The notes under the pieces were generated by a model. That model did not search any database. It was not told the DNA's origin and saw nothing but the letters and a program-made list of their open reading frames with translations. A DNA stretch of 64,000 nucleotides from assembly GCA_045808085.1 (NCBI GenBank), contig JBJMGE010000006.1, positions 144,194 through 208,193 of the forward strand. The letters are read 5' to 3'. Positions 16,602 through 25,017 of this stretch are shown in pieces. This DNA comes from Terriglobales bacterium. Lineage in GTDB: Bacteria > Acidobacteriota > Terriglobia > Terriglobales > Acidobacteriaceae. The position numbers and the translations under genes are program-made. Numbering within the stretch: position 1 is the first letter of the stretch; every line of letters begins with the position of its first letter.

Positions 16602-17381
16602 TTATTTCATGCCCCCATGCTCATGCTCTGGTCCCGGCTTCTCTTTGAGCTGGCGTTCGACTGACCAGATTTCGTCCGGCGTTTTCTCCCACGGATACAT
16701 ATGCACCATCCAGCCAAAGAGATGAGGCATGAACGTGCCTCCGGCGGCTTCGCAGGCTTCTTCGGTTGAGATGGAACCGTTCAGCCCGAATCTGGCGTCC
16801 TTACGCAACGCTTCAACTTCCCGGCCCTTGGGCGGCTTACACATATTCACATGCTGATGCCATTGCGTCATGCTGAGCGGAATACGTTCGTCGAGCTGCT
16901 GTTCGCTGAAGCGTACTGGAGCGGTGTACATGGCGCCGATCAGCTTGTAATCGTCTCCATGCTTTTCATATAAAAGCGAGGTTGGCTTTGCCGGATCAAA
17001 GCGGAAAGCTTCACCAATAGCATTTTCATAATTGGTAAAGTGATACATCTTCTGCGGGACATTGGGCAGGAAGATCCTGAAGCCTTCGGCCAGCGCCACT
17101 TTGTAATCGCGATATTTCTCCAGCGCCGGACGCGCCTGCTCCACAACTTGCTGCGCCTTGGCTGCGTCGCCCGCATGAACTGGCCGCAGTTCAGTCATGT
17201 GCATGTGTGCGGCCATGTGCTGATGCTCTTCATGGTTGTGGCCGCGTCCCATGGCTTCAGTGGTGGCATTCAATTCGCTCTGCCCTGCGGACGTCTGCTG
17301 CGTACCGCTATGGTCGTGCTCCTGCGCAAAAAGGAAAAGCGCCGCAAGCCCAATGATCGCCGAAATAAGGTATTTCTTCAT
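16602..17381 (-). CDS. Secreted His-rich hypothetical protein
   Basis: Start at 'MKKYLISAIIGLAALFLFA' (signal peptide). His clusters 'QEHDHSG', 'GRGHNHEEHQHMAAHMHM' and C-terminal 'PEHEHGG'. Confidence 0.65.
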   Translation of the reverse strand: MKKYLISAIIGLAALFLFAQEHDHSGTQQTSAGQSELNATTEAMGRGHNHEEHQHMAAHMHMTELRPVHAGDAAKAQQVVEQARPALEKYRDYKVALAEGFRIFLPNVPQKMYHFTNYENAIGEAFRFDPAKPTSLLYEKHGDDYKLIGAMYTAPVRFSEQQLDERIPLSMTQWHQHVNMCKPPKGREVEALRKDARFGLNGSISTEEACEAAGGTFMPHLFGWMVHMYPWEKTPDEIWSVERQLKEKPGPEHEHGGMK

Positions 17382-17428
17382 CGCCAAATTCTCCCGCTGT
17401 TGCACCAATATCGAGCAAACCCAAAACA

Positions 17429-17445
17429 AATGTAAAAGTTACATT
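17429..17445. promoter_or_regulatory. Perfect palindrome AATGTAA-N3-TTACATT (ATGT-N7-ACAT) upstream of the His-rich gene
   Basis: 7-bp perfect arms in the 129-bp gap between 17511 and 17381. It is close to the PadR-type ATGT-N8-ACAT operator pattern. Confidence 0.35.
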
Positions 17446-17510
17446 CGCGCAGCTGAAAAGAGTTTCAAGACTCCTGCGTAGATTAACGGCGGCCTACGGG
17501 TAGCGCGGGC

Positions 17511-19034
17511 TTAAGGAGTATGAACGGGTTCTTCGTGCTCGAACAACGGCTTCCATGATTCGTCGAGTGAGACCCACTCGTCAAACTCCTGCCAGCTGGA
17601 TTTCATTTCTGGAACATGGAGCAGGCCATGACCATCGGAGCAAACCAGCTCGGTTCCCCACCAGTCCAGCAGCAGGTAGCTGGGCGTTCCCACGGACGCC
17701 TCATTGCCCAGCCGTCGCAGGCACAGGCGGCAGCGCCGGCCTTGATCATGCAATGACCAGGAGAGTGCTACCATCGCCGTGACCAGGAAAAGCCATGTAG
17801 CAAAGGGGCCGACCAGCGGATGAACGGATCCGGTGAGGATGATTGACGCGCGTCCTGTAAATTCCAGCGAGCCGACGAAGCACAGCGCCAGCAGCAGCAG
17901 GGTTTTCAGTGAGAAGAATCCCCACCAGCGTAGCGTGTTCCGCCAGCTTAACTTGAGCTTGCGCGTCTTGGCCCCGCCCAGGCGGCTGCTGCCCAGTGCG
18001 ATTCCGCCGAACAACGACAGCACAGTGAAAAACAAATAAAGCTTTACGCCCTGGCGCGCGCGAGAGACAAATGATTCCAACTGCGGCTGCGAATATTCGT
18101 TCAGCTTGGCGAAGCGCCGAAACTCCTCCTGGGCCTGCGAAAGAGACACATGCGGATCCATGCGCAGGACCGCCCCGGTACGATCAGCAAAATTGTTGGT
18201 GGCCGTGCCCCAACTGGGCAGCATCCAGACAGAGACTTCAGGGAAGGTAAACACAAAGCTCTCCGGAAGCACACCAATCACCACGCCCGGGCGGCCATCC
18301 ACAAAGATCGACTTGCCCACGACGTTGCGATCTGAGCCGAGTTGAGATTCCCATAAGCGATGCGTAATCACCACGCACCCTTCACAACTCGCTTCATCTG
18401 CTGGAGTAAAAAGCCTGCCTAGTGCAGCCTTGTTGCCCAACAAATCAAAAAAGTTGGGCGAAACGCGAGCGCTGAAATCATTGATCCGGTCATGCGCAAA
18501 CTTGAGAGAGACCGGATGCCAGGAGTACGCGGCGACCATGTCCGCCGTTTTGCTGTTCTCCGCCCATTTTGCGGCTTGACGAAACAGATTTTGCTCATCG
18601 TATTTCGTGAAAGTTCCGTGCAAAGAGAGGTAAGCCAGGCGGTCAGGCTGCGGGAACGGTAACGGCTTGAATCCTGACCGGATGGTGGGAGCCAGCCCTG
18701 TAACCAGAATGAGGCCGAGAACGGCTACCAGGATTGCGCTCAGGCAGAAGCGAGCTGATCGCGGCTCTTCATCAAGCACGCGCGTTACTTTCTTATGGTC
18801 AAAGCGGTGAAATGCGGCATCAGGGAATGCGCCCCAGCAGTGCCGCGTAAGTTCCATGGCGGTATGCGAATTAAGGCGGCTGGATTCCGCCAGAAAATGG
18901 AGCCAGTGCCATATCTCCCCAAACCACTCCTGGTACCACGCGGTCCGCTCCGTCTTGGGAACCAGCAGGCTTGCGGTACGCAGCAGAAACTTACATTGCC
19001 AGATCAGGAATCGGATTTGAGGATGGGGCTTCAC
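17511..19034 (-). CDS. PadR-associated permease-like membrane protein (MacB-type periplasmic domain, atypical TM bundle, C-terminal CxxC...CxxGH tail)
   Basis: 507 aa. Cytoplasmic prefix 'TERTAWYQEWFGEIWHW', then TM1. A periplasmic region with 'SPNFFDLLG...ITHRLWESQLG...VGKSIFVDGRPGVVIGVLPESF' follows, then three TM helices and 'RRCRLCLRRLG...LVCSDGHG'. Confidence 0.7.
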   Translation of the reverse strand: MKPHPQIRFLIWQCKFLLRTASLLVPKTERTAWYQEWFGEIWHWLHFLAESSRLNSHTAMELTRHCWGAFPDAAFHRFDHKKVTRVLDEEPRSARFCLSAILVAVLGLILVTGLAPTIRSGFKPLPFPQPDRLAYLSLHGTFTKYDEQNLFRQAAKWAENSKTADMVAAYSWHPVSLKFAHDRINDFSARVSPNFFDLLGNKAALGRLFTPADEASCEGCVVITHRLWESQLGSDRNVVGKSIFVDGRPGVVIGVLPESFVFTFPEVSVWMLPSWGTATNNFADRTGAVLRMDPHVSLSQAQEEFRRFAKLNEYSQPQLESFVSRARQGVKLYLFFTVLSLFGGIALGSSRLGGAKTRKLKLSWRNTLRWWGFFSLKTLLLLALCFVGSLEFTGRASIILTGSVHPLVGPFATWLFLVTAMVALSWSLHDQGRRCRLCLRRLGNEASVGTPSYLLLDWWGTELVCSDGHGLLHVPEMKSSWQEFDEWVSLDESWKPLFEHEEPVHTP

Positions 19035-19046
19035 ACATTCTCCTCG

Positions 19047-19364
19047 CTATCGGCGTGTTACTTTCTCTTCCGGGGCCAGCTTGGCCAGAAGTGGATAGCG
19101 CTCCACGGCGTTCATGAGCGCATCTTTGCCCTGGCGTGTCAGTTTGTAATAGCGGCGGGCCGGGCGGTCCTGACGCAACGCGATCTTGCTGTCTTCCCAG
19201 TCGCCGCTTACCAGCGATTCCTTTTCTAGCCGTCGCAATGCAGGATAGATTGTTCCGCTGGGCAGGCCGGTAACGTCCATAATGTCAAAACCGTAAACAT
19301 AGCCTGACCGGATGGTTTGCAGGATCAGCGCCGATGTGTGAGAGATTCTTGCCGCAGTTTCCAT
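19047..19364 (-). CDS. PadR-family transcriptional regulator
   Basis: 105 aa, 'YGFDIMDVTGLPSGTIYPALRRLEKESLVSGDWE...RRYYKLTRQGKDAL'. Confidence 0.9.
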   Translation of the reverse strand: METAARISHTSALILQTIRSGYVYGFDIMDVTGLPSGTIYPALRRLEKESLVSGDWEDSKIALRQDRPARRYYKLTRQGKDALMNAVERYPLLAKLAPEEKVTRR

Positions 19365-19696
19365 GTCCCGTGTACAACCCTATGTAGTATTCTCGTATAG
19401 CACGTCTTACACCCTGATTCTACTGCAACCAAATCAGTCCGGCACAGGATTATTTCCTGCTCTCTTCTGGAACTTTGGAAGTCAACGCGGTGTCTTTCCG
19501 GAGATGGCGTCGATGAGGCGACTTTCTCCCAAAGCAGGGGTTTCTGCCAAACCTTCTTTTTTGAGCTGCTGAACCTTTCTGGTCACTGAGCAGAATATTC
19601 TCAGCAAATTTCTTGAAACGGTCACAGGTGTGCTGTCACTAACTAGAATAGGCCAATATCTGCTGCGCCCGTCTGACGGGCGTTGTAAGGAGTGTT

Positions 19697-20650
19697 ATGT
19701 CAAAGTTGCGTCCACTCATCGCCGTTACGCTCTGCCTTGTTCTTTTCAGTTCAACTTCTCAGGCATGGTTTGGATTTGGCCACATGGCCGTGGCTTACGT
19801 GGCATATCAAAAGCTTACTCCGGAAAAACGGATACGCGTCGCCAAGCTTCTGAAGAAGAATCCGTATTACAAGACCAAGTGGAAAGCGCTGATTCCCGCA
19901 AACACGCCCGCAGATCAGCAAGACATGATGTATTTCATGATCGCTGCCACATGGCCGGACCAGATTAAGGCTTCGACTTCGGGCTACATCTCTGATGGCA
20001 CCGACGGCGGGAACCGTCCTCCCGTCGGTCCCGAAGCTTCGCAGAACCTTGGCTATAGTGACAAAAACATGCACAAATATTGGCATTTCGTCGACACACC
20101 GTTCACTCAGGACGCAACTAAGCCTTTACCAGCTATTCCGCACCCGAATGCCGGAAGTGAAATAGCCGTTCTGCGGCAGACGCTCGCGTCCAGCAAGGCT
20201 GACAAGCTGAAGTCATACGATCTGGTGTGGTTACTGCACCTGGTAGGCGACGTGCACCAGCCGCTCCATTCGTCTACGCGTGTCAGCTCGGCAGATCTTC
20301 AAGGCGATAGCGGCGGCAACAGTGTGAAATTATCTGGGCCCAGCAAAGAACTGCATGCCTTCTGGGATGGCCTACCCGGCGACAGCTCAAACATGGCTGA
20401 CGTGGTTGCTTATGGAAAGACACTGACGGCTGCCGATCCATTGCTGGCCCAGAAGTCAGCGGCTGCAGATTGGATCAAGGAAAGCTTTGATATCGCGGAG
20501 ACAACGGTTTATTCCAGTCCCATTGGCGGGACAGATGGGCCGTTTACCATTACGGCAGCATACAAAGACAACGCGCAAAAGATCGCAGCGGAAAGAGTGG
20601 AGCTTGCAGGCGAGCGCCTGGCCAACCTCATCAATAACGAACTCAAATAG
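19697..20650 (+). CDS. Secreted S1/P1-type zinc nuclease
   Basis: Signal peptide ends '...SSTSQA' and is directly followed by 'WFGFGH', the mature N-terminal Trp typical of P1/S1. 'WHFVD' and 'LLHLVGDVHQPLH' are also present. Confidence 0.85.
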   Translation: MSKLRPLIAVTLCLVLFSSTSQAWFGFGHMAVAYVAYQKLTPEKRIRVAKLLKKNPYYKTKWKALIPANTPADQQDMMYFMIAATWPDQIKASTSGYISDGTDGGNRPPVGPEASQNLGYSDKNMHKYWHFVDTPFTQDATKPLPAIPHPNAGSEIAVLRQTLASSKADKLKSYDLVWLLHLVGDVHQPLHSSTRVSSADLQGDSGGNSVKLSGPSKELHAFWDGLPGDSSNMADVVAYGKTLTAADPLLAQKSAAADWIKESFDIAETTVYSSPIGGTDGPFTITAAYKDNAQKIAAERVELAGERLANLINNELK

Positions 20651-20661
20651 TAAGATCGCGG

Positions 20662-21738
20662 CTAGCCATTCATGTGCAGCTTGTCACGTCTGCGCCGGTC
20701 TGTGCGCGCACATTCAATGATTTCCGCGATCATGTCTGCGTAGGAGCGCCCGGACTTCTTTGCCGCCATAAAGAACTCTGAATTGCTGGAGAGCCACGGA
20801 TTGGGATTGGCTTCAATCACATAGACCTTTCCCTTGTCGGTGAGCCGCATGTCAATGCGGCCGTAATCGCGCAGCTTGAGAATGCGATACGTCGTGAGTG
20901 CCGTGGACGAAAGCAGTTCCTGCGTTTCTTCGTTCAGGTTTTCCACGGGCGCGGACTTGGTGAGTTTGTAAGCTTCGCTGTCTTTCTCCCACTTCACTTC
21001 CGTCCCGGCGACCTTGGGCATGCCTTCAGGCAGACGCGACAAATCCAGCTCCACCAGCGGCAACACCTCAGGATTCTGGTTGCCAAGAATGCCTGCGTAG
21101 ATTTCGCGGCCTTCAATGTATTCTTCAATCAGCGCAGGCGAGTTGAACTCCTCCTGGACGTAGTGGATGCGTTCCATCAGTTCCTTCACGCTTCCCACCA
21201 CTGAGCCCTGGTCAATGCCAAGCGATCCGTCTTCGGACTCCGGCTTCACAATCAGAGGAAAAGAAATTTCCTGTGAGTGGTCCAGCTTGCCTTGATAGCA
21301 GGTGGCAAAGTACGGAGTACGAATGTTGTAAAACTGGAATAGTTTTTTGGCCAGGCTCTTGTCCTGCGCCAGATATAGCCCCTGCGGGCCGGCACCGGTG
21401 TATGGACGACCCAGCAAATCCAGGAACGCCGCCACATGCATTTCCATGGTGTCGTCGCCCGCGTATGACTCTACAATGTTGAAGAACAGGTCAGTCTCCT
21501 GCTTGGCCAGCCCCAGCAGAGACTTGTCTTCTCCATCCAGCATCATGTAGCTGGGCTCATGGCCCAGTTTTTCCAGGGCTTCAAAGATCTCTTCACGGTC
21601 GTGCTTCTCTCGCTTCTTGCGCCGCTTTTTAACCCCGCGCTTCTTCTTTTCCGGCTCTGGGGCGATTTCCTCTTCCCCGTCTCCCCAGCTTTCATAAAGC
21701 ACCGTAATTTTCAGTTTGCTGTCCATATCGGTTCCCAT
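20662..21738 (-). CDS. ATP-grasp enzyme, D-Ala-D-Ala-ligase-like family, with Lys-rich N-terminal insert
   Basis: 'LIVKPESEDGSLGI', 'EEYIEGREIY' and 'YVIEANPNPWL'. The insert is 'PEKKKRGVKKRRKKREKH'. Confidence 0.8.
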   Translation of the reverse strand: MGTDMDSKLKITVLYESWGDGEEEIAPEPEKKKRGVKKRRKKREKHDREEIFEALEKLGHEPSYMMLDGEDKSLLGLAKQETDLFFNIVESYAGDDTMEMHVAAFLDLLGRPYTGAGPQGLYLAQDKSLAKKLFQFYNIRTPYFATCYQGKLDHSQEISFPLIVKPESEDGSLGIDQGSVVGSVKELMERIHYVQEEFNSPALIEEYIEGREIYAGILGNQNPEVLPLVELDLSRLPEGMPKVAGTEVKWEKDSEAYKLTKSAPVENLNEETQELLSSTALTTYRILKLRDYGRIDMRLTDKGKVYVIEANPNPWLSSNSEFFMAAKKSGRSYADMIAEIIECARTDRRRRDKLHMNG

Positions 21739-21783
21739 ACAGAGTTATCTGGCAGATCAATGTCTCAATCAATTGTCAGGCAT

Positions 21784-22800
21784 TTATGTCTGAACAAATT
21801 TTCCCCGCGTCACATAATTCATGGCCAACGCTGTTGCGTAAACCGTTAGCTCCGTCAGAGACTCTTTTTCCTGCTTTAAGTTGACGCGTAGACCCATTTC
21901 CTCCACGCGCGTTTCAATGGATTCCACCAGCTTCTTGATCAGTGGTCGCGGCACGCCGCTCCAGTACGTGAGCTTGTCTACCAGCGATTTGTGGTTTTCG
22001 CGCAAAAGTTCTACAGCGGGACGCACGCCTTTTTTCCGGCGACGACCGGCGTTGAAAATATCTTGAAGATCGGTGTCCAGCGGCAGATCTCCCGGCGACG
22101 GCTGCTCGCTCAACACGGTTTCATAAAAATCGCCTACCGTGGTGTCCATTTCTTCCACGGTAATGTCGGTGCGTCCGCGCGGGCGCACCGGATCAAGACT
22201 GCCAAGCTTTCTGAAAGTGCGGTCCACATAGCGCAGCTTTTCCAAAGCAGGCCAACCTTTATATTTTTGCCGCCAGCGCGAACCTGGCGTGAGCCACACG
22301 GCAAACGTTTCGGCAAAATCTTCATCAGGATGCTTCTGCGCGTACCAGCCTTCCATGTGGCGGACAAAGCTGCGGGAAAACGGGATTGGCCGGTAAGCGT
22401 CACGATAAGGCTTGCGATACGGGCCAAACAGGTGCTTCCACTCAGGTGTTTTGTGCAGCGCGTAAGCGTAATTGATGGCGTGTCCGGCCTCGTGGCGCAG
22501 GTACATCATGATCTGGCGGGAATCTTCCAGATCGTTCATTTCTTTTTCCAGGCGCGCAAGCTTGGGATCGGCCAGGTAAAAGGGAATTCCAATGATCGGC
22601 TCGCCTGAGGGACATCCCCACTCGTCAGTGAGGTAGCATGCCGGACGAAACTTCTTGAGACCTTTGCGCTCAAGTTCGCGATAGAGCTGCTGCACAAAGC
22701 GCTCCAGCGGCGATCCTTCAAGCTTCAGCCCCAGATCGCGAATGGGCTTGCCCAGAATCTCCTGGACTTCCGGCGGTGCTTTTTCAAAGGCGGCGCGCAA
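21784..22800 (-). CDS. Putative zinc metallopeptidase (HExxH; Peptidase_Mx-like)
   Basis: 'RHEAGHAINYAY' plus downstream 'DEDFAETFAVWL'. TTG start. It sits 45 bp upstream of the ATP-grasp gene on the same strand. Confidence 0.65.
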   Translation of the reverse strand: MRAAFEKAPPEVQEILGKPIRDLGLKLEGSPLERFVQQLYRELERKGLKKFRPACYLTDEWGCPSGEPIIGIPFYLADPKLARLEKEMNDLEDSRQIMMYLRHEAGHAINYAYALHKTPEWKHLFGPYRKPYRDAYRPIPFSRSFVRHMEGWYAQKHPDEDFAETFAVWLTPGSRWRQKYKGWPALEKLRYVDRTFRKLGSLDPVRPRGRTDITVEEMDTTVGDFYETVLSEQPSPGDLPLDTDLQDIFNAGRRRKKGVRPAVELLRENHKSLVDKLTYWSGVPRPLIKKLVESIETRVEEMGLRVNLKQEKESLTELTVYATALAMNYVTRGKFVQT

Positions 22801-22878
22801 GCAGTCTCCGCGAGAAGATTAGCACATGCACTAATATCAGAGCAGTTACCAGCGGCATACCCCGAACGGTACGCAACA

Positions 22879-23025
22879 CCTTTGAAACACAGAGGAACGG
22901 ACGACGCAGAGGGGTTTTAGAGCGAATTGCCGCCTTGCGCTGCTGCAAACGCATTTCGATTCTTGTTGTTTAGTACGCGCTCCTTTTCACTCCTCTGTGC
23001 CCTCTGTTCCTCTGTGTTTCAAAGG
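22879..23025. repeat. 20-bp perfect inverted repeat (CACAGAGG-type REP pair)
   Basis: cctttgaaacacagaggaac (22879-22898) and its exact reverse complement (23006-23025), 107 bp apart. A related single copy lies at 60648-60675. Confidence 0.85.
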
Positions 23026-23101
23026 TTTTACACTGTTAACTTTGCGAATGTCGAAGTCGCAATTGCTCTCGGCAGCACGAATCAAGCACAATGGTCTCCA
23101 A

Positions 23102-24094
23102 ATGCGCCCTTCCATATCCCTTCTTTCAATTTTTCTGCTGGCCGGCATTTATCCAGCGTTTTCGCAAAGCACCATCAGTGATCCCGGCGCCCTAAAGATG
23201 TGCGCCGCAGTGAAAGATGTTGAGCTTCCTGCCGCAGACCGTCCCACGCCAGCCGAGGAAAAGGCCCTGACAAATTGTGTATCCGCTGACCTCTATTACG
23301 GTTTTGGACAGCCTGCCAATCCCGCGAAGGCGCGCAAATGCGCCTATGCGGAGATGGATCGAAACGCCAAAGCTCCAATCGGGGGAAGATCCATGCTGAT
23401 GATGATCTACGCCAATGGCAAGGGCGCGACCCGCAATTTTGATGTTGCTATCAAGCTAGCGTGCTCCATTGGCGGATCGCCAGGAGATGACGCTGGCCGC
23501 GTGTACCAGCTTGATCGACTGAGGAAACAAAACTGGGCCGGCAACAACTTTAGCGTGTGCGACCACAGCAGTGGCCGCGAAATGTATGAGCAATGCGCCA
23601 TCCTGAGTGAGCGCTTTGACAAGGTGGATCGCGACCAGAAATTCAATGAGCTTACGGCGGGCTGGAAGCCGGCGGAGAAGAAGGCCTTCCACACTTTTAT
23701 GGAGGAAGCGAACAAATTCTATGAGGTCCAGGCAAAGAACGGAGTGAACCTGGAAGGGACCTTTGAAATTCAGGAGGAGATATTCTTTAAAAATAATCTT
23801 CTCTCTACTCTGGAGGCGTTTGAGCGAGGCGAGCTGCCGAACTATACAGCCGAAGAGTCTAAGCGCGCTGAAGCAGCCGAGAATGCCGCTTACCAGCGCA
23901 CCCAGACGGGCAGCGACGACCATTGGGGGACAGTGACGCGCCAGGGCGTCCAGAAAAGCGAAGACGAGTGGCGACGCTACTGCAATGCGTGGATCGCGTT
24001 TGGCAGGCAAAAATATCCAGGCGTTTCCGAACAGAGCTGGAAAGCCTGGCTGGATAATGATCGCGCGGTGATGCTAAATAGGTTTTTGCACTAG
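23102..24094 (+). CDS. Secreted hypothetical protein (Sel1-like / DUF1311-like features)
   Basis: Start moved to 'MRPSISLLSIFLLAGIYPAFS'. 'YYGFGQPANPAKARKCAYAEM' is Sel1-like. The C-terminal 'W..YC.AW' resembles the LprI/DUF1311 family. The call is weak. Confidence 0.5.
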   Translation: MRPSISLLSIFLLAGIYPAFSQSTISDPGALKMCAAVKDVELPAADRPTPAEEKALTNCVSADLYYGFGQPANPAKARKCAYAEMDRNAKAPIGGRSMLMMIYANGKGATRNFDVAIKLACSIGGSPGDDAGRVYQLDRLRKQNWAGNNFSVCDHSSGREMYEQCAILSERFDKVDRDQKFNELTAGWKPAEKKAFHTFMEEANKFYEVQAKNGVNLEGTFEIQEEIFFKNNLLSTLEAFERGELPNYTAEESKRAEAAENAAYQRTQTGSDDHWGTVTRQGVQKSEDEWRRYCNAWIAFGRQKYPGVSEQSWKAWLDNDRAVMLNRFLH

Positions 24095-24098
24095 ACGG

Positions 24099-24374
24099 TC
24101 ATGCGGCGCTGGGGCTCGCGTCATCGTCATTATCAAAAAAGCTTCTATTGTCCTCGCCGCGATTTCCTGAAAAAAGATTTCTCAACATTGCTTTGGCAGA
24201 TGCAAGGAGCGATCTGCGCGACGCGCCGGCGGTGCCGGCCGTTTTTTCATTCTCATTGTTGCTCTTGCTCTCCCATTCATAACGCGAGCTGCGCACCTTT
24301 TGCGCCTTGCCTGCGGTGCCAGGGGCCGCCTGAACGGGGACGTTCGGTGTTTGACTTTTGGGTTCGTTCATCAA
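24099..24374 (-). CDS. Hypothetical low-complexity protein
   Basis: ORF only. The predicted protein looks disordered, and the SD is distant. Confidence 0.25.
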   Translation of the reverse strand: MMNEPKSQTPNVPVQAAPGTAGKAQKVRSSRYEWESKSNNENEKTAGTAGASRRSLLASAKAMLRNLFSGNRGEDNRSFFDNDDDASPSAA

Positions 24375-24573
24375 CTAATTTTTCGGCTCCTTCATCAATC
24401 GTTTTCGGAAATTTTGATGAAGCATCAGAGCCGATGAGTTGTATCTAGAGTAACTGCTTGGAAACAAGCCACTTGGCGGGTTCCATTTTGCACCTGCAAT
24501 AATCTGCAGGAATTTACACAACTTAACTCCTCCCTGGCAGCATCCAATCTGCGGTTGGTTCGGGTCCCCATGC

Positions 24574-24885
24574 ATGAGGAACAGTAAGCGGAAATTGCGT
24601 CTGGTCAAATCGCAACAAACTATGTTGAACCACAGTAAGCAATTCCGTTGCGGCGAAAAAATACTGGAGAGCGGCATCTACCGCGTGTATCACCGGAATC
24701 ACCGGCTGGCACATGAGGTTACCCTCCTGCGCGATCAGTTGTTTCCCAAATGCATAAAGTGCGAGGACTCGGTTTATTTTGAACTGGTACGCAGCGCGCC
24801 CGATATCACCCTGGCACCCTTCAAGGTTGCGCTCTACGCCCTGCCCGTTAACGACGAAGAAGAAGATTTCACCGTCGCGATGTAG
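24574..24885 (+). CDS. Hypothetical small Cys/His protein
   Basis: 'FRCGEKILESGIYRVYHRNHRLAHEV...FPKCIKCED'. Codon usage is better than in the overlapping minus-strand ORF 24523-24969. Confidence 0.45.
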   Translation: MRNSKRKLRLVKSQQTMLNHSKQFRCGEKILESGIYRVYHRNHRLAHEVTLLRDQLFPKCIKCEDSVYFELVRSAPDITLAPFKVALYALPVNDEEEDFTVAM

Positions 24886-25017
24886 TGTTTGCATTTCACC
24901 CCTCACCTTGTAGCTCCTTTTATAGACAGAAATATTGCGCCCGGCGCTTGACCGCCGCCATCTTTTCATATGAGATCACTTGCTGATCTCAATAATGCAA
25001 AATCTTGAGGGACGATC

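Noticed and set aside
19372-19385. TACA-N6-TGTA palindrome just upstream of the PadR start, as a PadR autoregulatory operator
   Set aside because: The arms are only 4 bp and the spacing differs from the ATGT-N8-ACAT pattern. It also sits 7 nt from the start codon. The evidence is too weak to annotate.
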